Assembly: GCF_030144855.1 (NCBI RefSeq)
Contig: NC_082728.1
Span: 32,860,001 to 32,924,000 of the forward strand
Direction of reading: 5' to 3'
Source of the DNA: Hypanus sabinus
Lineage: Eukaryota
Length of the DNA stretch: 64,000 nt
Within the stretch, counting starts at the first letter, position 1; every line of letters starts with the position of its first letter. Under the pieces are notes generated by a model. It had not been told where the DNA came from. It was given only the letters and a program-made list of their open reading frames with translations, and did no database searches. Shown here in pieces: positions 1 through 13,089 of this stretch. The position numbers and the translations under genes are program-made.

Positions 1-1490
1 TTAACTCATATTTTGCTGAAGTATTCACCTGTGAAGATGTTAGCAATATGCCAGTAAGTGCAGAGAAAAATAAGATTATTTTAAGTGACTTTGAGATCGT
101 AGAAAGTGAAGCCCTGCTTCAGCTGAAAAGACTCGGTTGCTAAATCTCCAGGGCCAGACAACACATATCCCTGGGAATTTAAAGAGGTTGGTGATGAAAT
201 GTGCAAACATGTATTTTACAAAAGTTATTAAAGACTGGTGAAATTCCCATGGACTGGAATGGGCTAATGTTGTTCCAGTATATAAGATGGGTGACCACAC
301 TGACACTGGTCACTATAGTCCAGCAAGCTTGATGTTTATAGTAGGCAAGATAATGGAAACAATAATAACAAATGAGATGGAAAAGTAGCTGATTAGAACA
401 GGTGTTCTATAGACCAGAATGCCAGCATGGGTTCAGAAAGGGAAACCATGTTTTACTAATATGCTGGAGTTCTATGAAGAGGCAACTAAAGTTTATGATA
501 ATAACAGAGAGGTTGATATCATTTGCATGGACTTTCAGAAGCCTTGACATAAGAGGTTAATAATCAAGTTTAAGAAGGTAGGGATTCAGAGTAAGGTGTT
601 TGAATGGATGAGAATTGGCCGATGATACAAAATTAGCTGGGTGGGCTGTTAACATTCAGGCAACAGAATCAATACAGTTAGAGCTAAACAAAATCTAGAT
701 GTGGGCAGATGAGTGACAGATGAATTTTAATGTAAGTAAATGTAAAATATTACATAAGGGAGGTGGAAATATTAGATACAAGTATACAATGGGGGGATCT
801 TGAGCTGGAAGGTACATGGTATGAGAAGGATTTAGGTGGATTGGTAGACTCATCACTATCAACATCTAGACAATGAACAGAAGAGATTAGGAAGGTTACT
901 AGAGCATTGGTCTATATAATATGCTCAGTGGAGTTCAAGTCAAGATACATTCTCCTTAAGCTGTTTAATGCTCCGGTGAGGTCACACCTTGAATTCTGTG
1001 TACAATTTTGGTCTCCATTTTGTGTGAGGAATGTGAAGTCACTGAAGAGAGTTCAGAGAAGGGTGACTAGATTCATTCACGGTCTGCAGGGTTTGAGCTC
1101 TGAAGAAAGATTGAAAGAATTAAATCTTTTTAGCCCAAGTAAATGTAGAATGAAAGGAGACATGATGTAGGTGTTCAAAATCATTAAGGGTTATTATTAA
1201 AATCAATAAAGTGGGTGCCAGCTATTAATTCAAAATTAATCCATCATCAAGGACACGAGGCCATAAGTGTTGACTGGTTAAAGGGAGATTTCAGGCTAAC
1301 ATCAGGAAGCATTTCTTTACACAGCAAGTGGATACATGGAACAAACTACCTAGTTGTGGAATTGAGAGTGGCACCTTAGAGACTTCTAAATCTAAGCTCG
1401 GTAGTTACTTCAACACACTATGAATAGGAATTTATCAAGCATAATTGAACCGAATGGCCTGTTGTCAAAATTTTTTAAATGCTCTCATGC
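1..1490 (+). mobile_element. Degenerate CR1-clade LINE, ORF2 RT/3' fragment
   Basis: ORF 907-1170 (VRSHLEFCVQFWSP...LKRVQRRVTR) matches the CR1 ORF2 C-terminus seen in many copies here; multiple stops; boundaries approximate. Confidence 0.85.
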
Positions 1491-1499
1491 CCAACTGAG

Positions 1500-2850
1500 G
1501 GAGGCTTGGAAATTGGAAAAGGTTGCAATGACCAATGTTGTACTTCAATAGAGATAACAGGGACAAAAATGTGGAGACCACTGATTTGACTTTGATAAGA
1601 TTCATATTATTTCATTGCAATTGAAGATTTATTTCATAAAACTTAGCAAATAATTTTGTCAAATAAGCAATGTCATGACTAATATTCTTATGTTTTTCAC
1701 TAAATGAAGCATTCGAGTGTTCAAAGAGTTTTATCACAATTTCAAAAAGCCCATAAAAGTGTCTCTGGCAGGTTCCTTTTGAGAGCCATCTGACTTCTGT
1801 GTGCAACAGCAGGCATTCAAACTGTTCATTATTCTCAATACAAAGCTCTCTAAATTTCTAGAACTAAAATATGGGACATTATTTTATTTACTGCCAAAAT
1901 AACAGTATTTAATGATTTCTCTGGCTAGTCACTTAGATATTTTGTTACAAGATCTTGTCTATAAATTACACAGTGAATGGTAAATACGTTAGGTAAATAT
2001 TCCTCAAGAAAGTAATAATTCCATGGTGTTGTCCTGTCAGTGATGCTTCCCCATCCGTTGCACAAGCAAGAATGTTGGTGAGCAGAATGTCCTTCTCTTT
2101 GAAAAGTGTTCAACACCCTGAAATATTGACTCCTTCCTTTCTGTTTCTTATCCCCTTGGAAATAACAACTCATGAACCAAGCTTTAATCTTCTTTGACAC
2201 AAACGAAACCAAGAAGCAACGATTCATTGCCTGGTGAAGTTTACTCATCCAACTGCAGAGCAAATTCTAATACCATAAGCATATTGCCTAATATGTCTTC
2301 CACTTTCTCAGCCATTTCATGTATTTGTCTTTGAACAGTGTTGGCAAGTGGAATCGCTTTAATTATTTGATGCGGTGACTTATGTGAAACCACACTCAGA
2401 ACTTCCCTTACTTCTGGCAAAATCAGTTATTCTTCAATTATATGGGGGGGTGGGGTTCCAGAATATTATATGAAGTATGCAAACCATTGTTGTTTTGTTA
2501 AGAGCTGGCAAGCATGTTTTGAAGATGTTTCCATTTCTGAAAGTTTCCACAAAGTGACTGAAAATAAGGCAAGTTCTTGCTTGCTTTGTCAACCTTAAAT
2601 TTCAGGGCAATATTTACTCATGTTTCAACTTACAAGTTCACTCAGCTGTTGTTCTTTCAAAAGCACAACATGATTGAAAATGCATTGATAGGATCCAAGC
2701 AAGGCTGAGTTTATCCTTGCTTCTGATTGTTCATGAAGAGCTGCTGCTGAGCTATTGTTTCCGAATTGCCAAGACCGTGCAGTAAAACTGTTGTCATAAA
2801 GCTGCTGAGTGAGAAATTGTGTATCCAGCAATGAGGAAGGCATAGCGATG
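1500..2850 (-). mobile_element. hAT (Buster/Charlie, ZBED5/SCAND3-like) transposase remnant
   Basis: Fragments in transposase order on minus: YQCIFNHVVLLKEQQL (2625-2843), IHCVIYRQDLVTKYLS (CxxH-like region, 1925-2263), HTEVRWLSKG...DIAYLTKLF (1612-1806). Confidence 0.8.
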
Positions 2851-3979
2851 CATTTTCAATTCAAGATAGAATGTGATTTGGAAGGGAAATTGAAAGGACG
2901 GCAGGTTACCATGTCACTTACCACCCTCATCCATCTAAGTCACGCTTATTGCACCCTTGGGAGCTGCCTTGAGGTAGCACAGAAACCTTTTTGTAATTCA
3001 GCGGAAGTAACAGAATTTTAAGACAATGGATCCAGAATGGAACTGAGATCCATTGTGTTATAAATCTGGTTTGTTTCCTGAATTTCAGCAGTTTGATGTG
3101 TTGAAAGTATTGGATAATTCCCTGTGAATACCAGAGGCTCACTCCTATTTTTAAAAAGGTTCCAGTTTTTGCAGTTTGAGGGAGCTTGGTATGTCACCAA
3201 AGATGCCTTCTTGTCAAGGAGGAGGTAAGCCCTAAAGGCACATACTAAATATTTCAAGAACAAGTTCTTTCTCTCTGCCCTCACTATATTTTTAATTTGT
3301 TTGCTCTCTTTTAGCACTATAATTTTATAATACATATCCTTTAATGTGATTTATAGTTTTTCTTTTATTATTATTAAACATTGTAATGTACTGCTGCCAG
3401 AAACCAACAATATTAAATCTGATTCTCACTTAAAGCAAACTTTACTTTGCCACCCTATTTTCATTAAACCATTCAATAATTGTTTGAATTTTAAATAATT
3501 ACTTTGTAAGATTTGACCTCAAATGATAAATCTCTTTACATAGACACACATAGTCCTTATAGAAGCTCATATCCATTGGCCTAAGTGCACAGTTGTTAAA
3601 TATAGCTCTGAATTTGAACTCCATTTCCATTTATTTTCCTAATCAGACTTAATAACCGTATGAACACCTTACTCTGTTTGCTTCTGTGGCATAAGTGTGT
3701 TTTCCAGGTTTCATGAGGGTATTAGGATATCAGCCTGTCAATCAGAAAACTGGCCTTCAAAGGGAAGGCCATTGTGGTTCTTTGGCCTCCAGTTGGCAGA
3801 ATTGTGCCTATGATGTTAGCATTGATTTGGTTTAGTAACTTTGAGAGAAGGGCAAGAGACTAGTGGGCCTACTCTTCTTGGAAGTTTCATACCCACTGGA
3901 GAGAGCAAATGGGGCTTCAGTTAGTCAACATAGCTGAAAGAAAGTACTTCAATTGTGTGTGTGTGGTTCGGAACTGTAG

Positions 3980-4420
3980 AGTCATAGAATCATACAGCTC
4001 TAAAATGGACTTTGTCCACCATGACTGTGGTGCCCATCAAAGCTAATCCTTTCTTGCCTGCATTAGGCCCTTCTCCCTCAATGCCTTTACAATCCAAATA
4101 CTCTTCTAAAGCCCTTTTAAACATTGTATATTCCTCTGCCACTTCCTCCAGCAGATCAGTCCAGATAGTCACCACACTCTGTGTGAAAGGTTACCCTTTC
4201 AAACTCATTTAAATTTCATCTGCTCTCACCGAAAATATGTCCTCTAGTTCTCGAATCTCCTGCCTTGAGAAAAGAAAGAGACTTGACATTTCATCCCTGT
4301 TAATTTTGTAAATCGCCATCCAGTCTCATCATTGCTCTACAACACTCTATTCCAAGCAACATCAAGGTGACTTTCTTCTGCACTCTTTACAGCACACATC
4401 CTTCCTGTGCTCAAATGTGA
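3980..4420 (-). mobile_element. CR1 LINE 3' fragment
   Basis: ORF 3990-4175 (FKRALEEYLD) and CR1-type 3' tail on minus. Confidence 0.7.
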
Positions 4421-4499
4421 GAGGAATTCTAATCTTCTTTCTACATAATTAATCTAAGTTGGTAATCTGAATGTGCTGTATCTGCAGAGTCTGTGTGTT

Positions 4500-6210
4500 T
4501 AACCCCACAAATGGTATAATGATTAGACCATTTTCCCAATGCTGGACCTGGAACTATGCCTACCTTTTCATCAGCTGCTTGGAACAGTCTATACTCCAAG
4601 CCTACACTGGTATTGCTTCCCAACACTTTCTGCACCACATTAACAACTTGGAGCTGCATCATCAATTTCTTCAACTTTATCCCCAGCTTCAACTCTGCTC
4701 TTAAATTTACTTGGTGTATTGCTGACGCTCTCTCTCCTTTCTCAATCTCTCTGGAAGCACATTATCTGCTAATTTAACTTATAAAGCTATTGAGTCTCAC
4801 AGCTATCTTGTGTATCCCTTTTTTCAACCAGTCACTTGTAAAAATACTATTCCCTTTTCCAAATACCCTTAACCCTGCTCCCTCTTCTCAGGATAAGGCT
4901 TTCCATTCCAGAACATCTGAGATTTCCTCCTCTTTCAAAGAATGGGGTTTCATTTCCTCAACAATTGATGCTGCCTTTATCCGTATCTCCTCTATTTCCT
5001 GGACATACCCTCTCGCCTAATCCTTACCTATAATCCCATGAGTCTCCGCATCCAAAACATCATTCTCTTTAACATCTGCCATCTTCACTAAGCATGTCTT
5101 TCTCTACCTGCCCCCATTCTGTTTTCAGTAGGGTGCAGATTTTGCTCTCTAGGTGACTCCATTGTCCACTCATCCTTCTCCAGGCACTTATCCCTGCAAG
5201 TGGCAGAAGTTCTACACCTGCCCCTTCACTTCCTCCGTCACCAACATTCAGGGCCCCAAACAGTCCGTCCAGGTGAGACAACACTTCATCATAATTGTCT
5301 GGATTCATCTGCTGTATCTGGTGTTCCTGGTGCCGCCTCTTCTACATCTATGAGGCCTGTGTAGATTGGTGCTCTGTTTAATTGAATACCCTTGCTTCAC
5401 CCACCACAACAGGTGGGATTTCCCATTGGCCATAGATCTAAATTCTACTTCCTATTCCCATTCCAACATATCAGTCCATGACCTCCTCTACATTGACAAT
5501 GAGGCCACAGTCAGGTTGGAAGAGCAGCTCCTCATATTCCATCTGGGTAGCCTCCAACCTGATGATGAGAACACCATTTCTCTAACCTGCTAATTTCTTC
5601 CCCCTCCTCCTTCTCTCTTATTCTATTCCCATTCTGGCTCTCTCTTACCCCTTCTTTTCTCATCCCTTGCTTAACACCCCTCTCTTGTGCCCCTGCTTCT
5701 TCCCTTTCTCCCTTGGATCTCTCCTATGAAATTCCTTCTTTTTCAGCCCTTTACTTTTTCTCCCTATCACCTGCCAGCTTCACATCTCATTCCCCTCACC
5801 TGGCTTCACCTATCACCTGGCAGCTTCACACTTTAGTCCCCCTCACCTGGCTTCACCTATCACCTGGCAGCTTCACACTTTAGTCCCCCTCACCTGGCTT
5901 CACCTATCACCTGCCAGCTTCACACTTTAGTCCCCCTCACCTGGCTTCACCTATCACCTGGCAGCTTCACACCTCATTCCCCCTCATCTTTCTTCACCTA
6001 TCACCTGGCAGCTTCACACCTCATCCCCCCCTCACCTGGCTTCACCTATCACCTGCCAGCTTCTGCTCCCTCTCCTCCACCTAATTCTGACCTCTTACCC
6101 TTTTCTTTCCAGTCCTGATAAAGAGTCTCAGTCCACAATTATGATGTTTATTCCCCTCCATTGATGCTGCCTGACCTATGGAGATCCTCTGGTAATTTTT
6201 GTGTTTTGCT
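4500..6210 (+). mobile_element. Penelope-like element remnant (RT C-terminus, GIY-YIG region, pyrimidine-rich 3' part)
   Basis: ORF 5366-5593 (LNSTSYSHSNISVHDLLY...EATVRLEEQLLIFHLGSLQPD) is homologous to the copy at 25647-26066; same terminal repeat at about 6110-6210. Confidence 0.8.
5764..6065 (+). repeat. Minisatellite, about 47-bp unit, about 6 copies, inside the Penelope-like 3' region
   Basis: Unit cacctggcttcacctatcacctggcagcttcacactttagtccccct; cagcttcaca recurs at 5821 and 5868. Confidence 0.9.
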
Positions 6211-6639
6211 CATAGACTGGTCTGTATCTTTGACTCGCAAGAAATAGTTTGGAAAAGGAGCCGTATTCACCACCAGGACAATATTGTATGTTTTGTGTTG
6301 TCTGTAATGGTGAACTTCTAACTCTGAACCATGAATTAACAGCATTTGTGAATTTAATTCAGCACTTACTTTTAATTTCAGCAAAGGGATATTTCCTCAT
6401 ATTGACTGCAGTTCATCTAGTCCTGCACACTAGGTGGAGTGAGAGACCAGTGCAGCCAAATAAACCAGTGGTGCAATGAACCCATGTCACAGCCAACCAA
6501 CAAATTTCCCCCTGGCAGTGAGCAGATTTACAGATTACAGATGAAGTCAGTATCTTAAAGGACTGAACTGCAGTCCAATCTGTGCACAATGCATGAATGG
6601 TGAGTAGCCAGAGAGTATTTTTTAATGTCACAATTTTCA

Positions 6640-7100
6640 TCAGCTTGTTTCTTACTTGAAAACAGAAAGAGAAATGTGATGTTCGAAGAGGAGGGGAAGC
6701 AAAGGGACTGTGTAGAAGAAAGGTCAAATAATCCATGGCAGAGAAGAAGGGATGAGGGGAGTGGAGAAATGAGGAACTGGAATCAGAGGGAAGTGAATGA
6801 GAATTGGACTAGAGAGCGAAAGAATGAGAGGGGGAAGGAGAAGGGGTCAGATGAGAATAAAGAAGGAACTGGGAGGAGTGAAAAGGAGATTGATGGCAAG
6901 AGCACAGGAGATTAAAGCGGGGAGAGGATTGGAGGGGTATTGCAAGTGGAAGGACAGAAGGAATCAAAGGTGAGGGGAAGGAGTGGACAGCAGAGAAGAA
7001 GGGATTCAAGGGTAGAAATGGGGAGTGGAGGACAAACAGAACCAATAGAAAGGAAGCGCTTGGGAGTAGAGATCAAAGAAAGCAAACATCAGGGAACGAA
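6640..7100. repeat. GA-rich low-complexity tract
   Basis: Strong purine bias on plus; overlapping ORFs are compositionally biased (E/R/K/G versus S/P/F/L). Confidence 0.75.
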
Positions 7101-8949
7101 GCATAAGAATCAAAGGGTAATAGAGCCTAGTCGAATGAGAAATGTGATGATATTTAGTTCTATTTGTTCTATATCATGTCAAGATCTTAAATCTCACCTG
7201 TTTATTATCTAATGGCATGTCAATCAAGAGAGGTGACAGAATATTATATTTCAAAAGACTAGTTTGCTGAACTACTTTAGTTTCTTTTCTGAAAGGGTTA
7301 TCGCTAATTATTACTACTCTGAACTGTGGGTCTCTTCTCCATACCAAAGAGAAATTATCTCCAGCTAACAATGCAACTCAAATACAATAATCAAAAACAA
7401 ATAAAGGTTGTGTCTTCTCATTCACTCCTTACTATTTCTATCTTCAAAGTTGTTCTGTATTTATCTTTACTAATTGTCTTGATATGGCATTATTGACATG
7501 GACAGTTTCTGTATCTGTTGTCTAATTTTGAGGTATTATTATCCTTTATTACACAACTGCAGATGGACAAAGTTTGTTGATTTGAGCTCTACAGGGATTT
7601 CTTCTACATTTAGAAATTGAGGTTAGCAATATTCTTGCCAGAATAAGCATTTTGTTGATCTGTCCAGTGAATAGTTATCACAATGCATTAATGGAGTGTA
7701 GGATGTTTCTGAGAGTGGCTGAACAGTGATTCGGGGGAGGATGTGCTCACACTCCCACCTACCATCATGTTGTCAAGAAACAGAGTATTCTGCAGTAGCT
7801 ATTAATGCCTGTTTTTATACAGTAATTCTGAATCCCTATCAATATTGTAAAATCATACCACACACGCACACACATAACATAAACTGCTAAAAATAATGGT
7901 CTTATTGTACTCTACAGACAACCTGGTGTGTTGAAAGTTTTTTCCGGAAAGCATGTCACTTTTCTGCTGTGAAATATATCATCAGAAAGGTAATCAAAGG
8001 TAATGGAATATAATATGGTTGTAACACTAAAGGAGTAATCCAAGGGTCTGGATTATTAATCTGGAGACACTAAATATAAATCCCATTGTGGATGTTTCAG
8101 TGTGGAAATTGCAGCAAGGCAAGGGTTAAAATGGGGCACTGATAGCACAGAATGTGGAAGTTCAGAAAGGTAAGAATTAATATGATAAACTGACACAAAC
8201 TGCAGTCACCCAGACTGAAAATGGCCCTTGGAAGCCTGACTCTCCTTTGCACAGACTTTCTGTTCAAGCCTGGGGACCAAGGTGACCAACATGTGATGAA
8301 GATGCAAACGGAGGATTTTAGGACACAGTGAATATTGCACACTTATTTCACTAATATCTCACGTACTATTGGCCTTTAGCACATGTATTTAATTGGTTAT
8401 TAATAACTGAAATATGTATTATGATTGGTACTTAAATATGCAAATGATAGAATTTAGAAGCACACTAAGTTTATATTGAATCAATATCTGCCACGAGTCA
8501 TGAGTCAATTTGCGTATAAAAATGGCATCTCCTTGTTCGAACTTCAGAACAGTTTAGTGACAGGAGCTGAACTGTTCTTCTTGTGCACAATTATATAAAG
8601 TGTGATTGAGGAATGAGAGTGAGTTGTCAGATTCCAGTTAGTCAGCGATGATACCGGGCTAATAATGCAAAAACCAAGATTATTAATCTAGAGTCACTGA
8701 ATACAAATTCCACATAGGATGTTTGAGAACTGAATTCTATTGATTGTACAACTAGCACTTTACATTTAAGGCACAGGACCACAGATGAATGGGCTGAAAG
8801 CCTTTGGGCTGGGACTCATAGAAGATCATGTGGTTCAATCTGTTGGCAAAGGAATCACACAATGGAGAAAAAGAAGTCAAAGGTTAAATTTATTTCCCAA
8901 ATTAGGTCAGTAACATTGCTAATCACTTTACAAAACAATTTTTTAAAAT

Positions 8950-9488
8950 CCCACAGCTTTTGGTCACCTAATTACAGGAAGATATTAATAAGGTTGAAAG
9001 AGTGCAGAGAAGGTTTACAAGGATGTTGCCGGGTCTTGAGAAACAGAGTTACAGAGAAAAGTTGAATAGGTTAGGACTTTATTCCCTGGAGCATAGGAGA
9101 ATGAGGGGAGATTTGATAGAGGTGTGTAAAATTATGATGGGTATAGATAGAGTGAATGCAAGCAGGCTTTTTCCACTGAGGCCAGGGGAGAAAAAAAATC
9201 CAGAGGCTATGGGTTAAGGGTGAAGGGGGAAAAGTTTAAAGGGAACATTGGGGGGGTTTCTTCACGCAGAGAGTAATGGGAGTGTGGAATGAGCTGCCAG
9301 ATGAAGTAGTGAATACGGGCTCACTTTTGACATTTAAGAAAAACTTGGACAGGTATATGGATGAGAGGGGTTTGAAGGGATATTACCCAGGTGCAGGTCA
9401 GTGAGACTAGGCAGAAAAATGGTTCGGCACAGCCAAGAAGGGCCAAAAGGCCTGTTTCTGTGCGGTAATGTTCTATGGTTCTATGGTT
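8950..9488 (+). mobile_element. CR1 LINE 3' end
   Basis: ORF 9002-9217 (QRRFTRMLPGLE...RMRGDLIEVCKIM); terminal ttctatggttctatgg repeat. Confidence 0.9.
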
Positions 9489-10964
9489 TTCACTCTTCTG
9501 ACAATAAAAATAAAGCAAATGACACTTAATTTTCATTTTGTTTTAATTACTCACTTGAACTGAATAGTATTTTTATGAGGATCCGCTAGAGGACTGATGT
9601 ACTTTAAAGTTGCTGTCACCAAATATTACGGTTCGATTTTAAAACCTTACATTGTTACAGCCAGCTCACATTCATTGGCATGGCTCACATAAGCGATAGT
9701 GTAGGATAGTAAGACATTAGAAATGGTTAATGTATCTAAATACTTTTAGGAAGAAAAGAAGAACAATGTAAATTTTACAAAATAATTCGTATAAAATACA
9801 TCTAAAAATATCAAATCAGCTTTGTAACTGGGCTATGTACATAAAACAAATTAAAGTAGAAATACTTATAAAATAAGCAGAAATTTTCAAAGTAAATTTA
9901 GATATTCTAATCCTTAAAAACATAGAAAAGACGACTGATCAAATTATAATCTATAATATTGCACATGGGTTCACTGCATTTGAATAAAAAGACAAAGTGC
10001 AAAAAACTATAACTTGCACAATTGATATGTTATAATAATAGACAACCGTTGATCTCAGGAGATCATGGGTTTGCACCTCTGGTGGGTTGTGTCCTTTCCA
10101 GGGTGCAAGCCTGGGCCGGAAGATTTGAAGAACCGGCTGTTGCCCATGCAGTGGGTTCCCCCTCTCCATGTCACTGATGTAACCCAAGGGAAGGGCAAGT
10201 GCCGATACAACTTGGCACCAGTGTCATCGCAGAGTTGCCAGAGTGAAGCTGCAAACATCATCAAACTGCCTAAGGGACCCGGGCTCTGGATTTCTTCCTC
10301 GGGGTTTACTCGCGAAGACTTTCCCATGAGTAAGTATGGCCACCAGACAGCGGAGGTTTAAAAGCAGTTTTCCTTCTCCATACATACATTACAAATGGCA
10401 AATATGTGTAGTATTCTACTTACATAATGCTCCTTCTGCTTCTATTTTCGACTGAAGCTGACTACATATCACATTTCACTGTTTTAGTTCCTGAGAAGTA
10501 CAGCTCAGTGGAAGAATGGCATAATGGATTCATTCAACAGGAAGCAAACTTTCAAAGTGCAACTAAGCTTAAGAGCTTTTGCTCTTTTCATTGCCTTATA
10601 GTGATTTTGTACAGACTTAGTATTTCAGGTGTAAAACAGTGTCGCTCCTTGACACTCAAGACTGATCTCACTGATGAGATTTATCAAAGCACTAATAATC
10701 AATATGTGAAGCCATTAACTTCAGATAAAAGCAATGGTGAAGAGTTCAACAAAGTGCCCGAGTTAAAACTGTGTTCTTATTTTACCCAAGAACTGAGATT
10801 ATTAAAAGCACAACTTGAAAGCAAAAATTATTACAGAGGAATGTCATAGTTCTTTGTGAAGGATGTTGAAGTTTCACAGTTGCACAACAGAACATCAGAC
10901 AGATCAGACATCATATCACAAATGATGATTCCTCGATGTAAGTTCGAAGTTAGCGGGGCAGTCT

Positions 10965-10988
10965 TCAAACCTGAGTAAATTTTTTAAG
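10965..10988 (-). CDS. B7-like gene A, terminal coding exon (LKKFTQV*)
   Basis: Strong acceptor tttatttgttcttctttaacag after an 80-bp intron; phase 0; stop TGA at 10967-10965. CAG/GTTTGA could alternatively act as a weak donor. Confidence 0.6.
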   Translation of the reverse strand, partial: LKKFTQV

Positions 10989-11068
10989 CTGTTAAAGAAG
11001 AACAAATAAATTTTGAAAATCATGATGAGTGTGGCTAAAAATAAGTCAACGTTTGAAATCAAACCTAC

Positions 11069-11103
11069 CATTTGATTTCCTGCTTCTTCAACGAACTGTC
11101 GAA
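11069..11103 (-). CDS. B7-like gene A, cytoplasmic exon (VRQFVEEAGNQM)
   Basis: Acceptor ttttcttttgtatttag, donor ATG/gtaggt; phase 1 matches the TM exon; RQF aligns with KQF in the gene B tail. Confidence 0.65.
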
Positions 11104-12061
11104 CTAAATACAAAAGAAAATAAATTATTGTTATTTATGTTACAGTAATTTGAAGTAAATTAATATTTCTTGATGTAAAAATAATCCAAATTATTTTCCT
11201 TATTTTTGTTAATCTCCTAATCATGCATACTAAGAGTAGTAACAATGACAGTAATAATGAATTCTGACATTTTCTGTAATATTCAGGTATTTCCAGCAGT
11301 AATGGGATGCAAAATTGATACAATTTTGAGACTGGGACCAGTCTACAAATAATATGTCACTCCCTCTCAGTTGGAAATTATGTTACCAATCGATCAGTTT
11401 AATTGTCTCAAGTAATAAATAATCCAGGTGAAATTAATTCAAATCCTAGCCTTGCAATATGGGTAGTTGAGCGTAGTTTAATAAGTATGCCTGCTGCCAG
11501 TAACTGTAAGCATTAAGATTTATCTCTATCTACTCCCCATTCTGATCTTTCACTTCTTCCCACCTGCCTATTCTGGTTCCACTCCTCCTTCGCTTTCTCC
11601 AATGGTCCATTTTCCCCCTTCAGATTCTTTCTTCTCCAGCCTCGACCCTTCCCATCCACCTGGCTTCACCTATCACTTTCCTGCTAGCCTCTTTCACCTC
11701 CCCCCTCACCACATTTATTTTCTGGTGTCTTCCCCCCCTTCCTTCACAGCCCTAAAGAATGGTCTCAGTCACAAATGTCAACTGTTTACACTTTTCCACA
11801 TATGCCGCCTAACTTACGGAGTTCTTCCAGCGTTCTGTGTGTTTGCTTAAGATTCAATCTCCTTTAGAATATTGTGGAAAAAAAACAACTTGCTTATTCA
11901 TGTCCTTTAACAAAGAAAACACACTACTCTTAATTAGTCTGGCTTTATTTCATCTGACAACTTTCCAATGTTGTTACCTTAACTATCCTAGTTACTGGCA
12001 AGTCACTCAATTAACTGCTAAAACACACAGAAACACTTACTCAATGCAATGAAGGCCAGCA

Positions 12062-12410
12062 AGTCAAAGTTCAAAAGTTAAAACTTTATTATTAAAGTAC
12101 GTACTGTCACCATATGTACTACTAGCATGAGATTCATTTTCCTGTGGGGACTCACAGTCGACACAAGGAGATACGACAGAAGCAGTAAAAATCTACACAG
12201 AAAGGTGGTCAGACAACCAATGTGCAAAAGAAGGCAAACCTTGCAAATGCAAAAAAAGTAATAAATAATATTGAGAACATGAGCTGTAGAGTTGTGGAAT
12301 CAGTTCAGTGTTGAGGTGTGCGAAGATATCCTCACTGCTCCGGAGTTTGATGGTTCAAGGGTAATAACTGTTCCTGAGCCTGGTAGTGTAGGACCAATGG
12401 CTCCATAATG
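12062..12410 (+). repeat. Interspersed repeat (LINE-tail/SINE-like), also at about 59812-60330 (+) and 28840-28975 (-)
   Basis: Shared aagttcaaa...tttattat...gagattcattttc block in three places. Confidence 0.6.
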
Positions 12411-12942
12411 TCACACATAAATTATGTTTTTAAAACCTTCTTTTCTTTTTTATAGAATGCTCTCTCCAGCACCATTTGCTTTACCCAATACTCCATCAAT
12501 ACTTGGTGCACTGTACATGATGGTAGTTTGATAACAGAATCAGACCCTGCAGAAGGTAAATCAGAGCTTTCCAGGGTGACTCATCTGGTGAGTCTTTAGA
12601 TGGAAGTGTGAATATGGTGAAAAGATCTGCACATTCTGAGGCCAGGATCTGGATTAATTGGTTAAATAATTTAGCATGGTTTATATTGGTACTTTATCTA
12701 CCTATCCCTGTAAACATCCACTGCAGACAGGACTTCAAATCTGCTTGTGTTTGGAAGGCAAATGCACAAATACATACACAGCCCTGCTAACAATTTTGAC
12801 CAGCCAGCTATAGATCATAACAATTGGCAATCATTAAAGTCTTAAGTATTTCAGATTAATCAATGGTTATCTATGCATAATTTTACACCAGTGATTAATA
12901 CTTTGAATTACAAGGGTTGAGAAGTTGGCTGAAATTTTGTAC

Positions 12943-13089
12943 CTGGTTGGCGCCTTCTCCAGAGTTTCAAAAGACCCAGGAGGAATATTCCAGCTGCAAG
13001 ACCTCCAACAACAATACCTACTGCTGTGAGGGATTTGCTCTTTTTTTCTTCAATATGTTCATTATTAATTAATGGATTCACATTTGAAA
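12943..13089 (-). CDS. B7-like gene A, stalk and transmembrane exon (ISNVNPLINNEHIEEKKSKSLTAVGIVVGGLAAGIFLLGLLKLWRRRQP)
   Basis: Acceptor ctttttctgttttttttag, donor CCAG/gtacaa; 147 bp, phase 1-1; hydrophobic segment followed by WRRR stop-transfer; not in the ORF track. Confidence 0.85.

Noticed and set aside
5764-6065. Possible CRISPR-like array (also the 44-bp repeats at 45100-45235)
   Set aside because: Head-to-tail repeats with no unique spacers, eukaryotic context, no cas genes
6249-6736. Cys-rich overlapping ORFs and exon-like AG/GT pairs
   Set aside because: All splice-compatible frames hit stops; no Ig or other motif
10030-10380. GC-richer segment resembling a repeat 5' UTR (possibly RTE-like)
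   Set aside because: No protein motif or second copy in the window to support a classification
10427-10849. 140-aa plus-strand ORF
   Set aside because: No recognisable domain; lies antisense to the probable gene A 3' UTR; would need a BLAST hit or expression data
11135-11323. Hydrophobic minus ORF (LLLSLLLLLVCMIRR) as the gene A TM exon
   Set aside because: No phase-1 acceptor in that frame; a proper TM exon exists at 12943-13089
12420-12546. Open phase-1 frame after a ctgcag acceptor in the gene A intron
   Set aside because: No good donor, no recognisable motif, no counterpart in gene B
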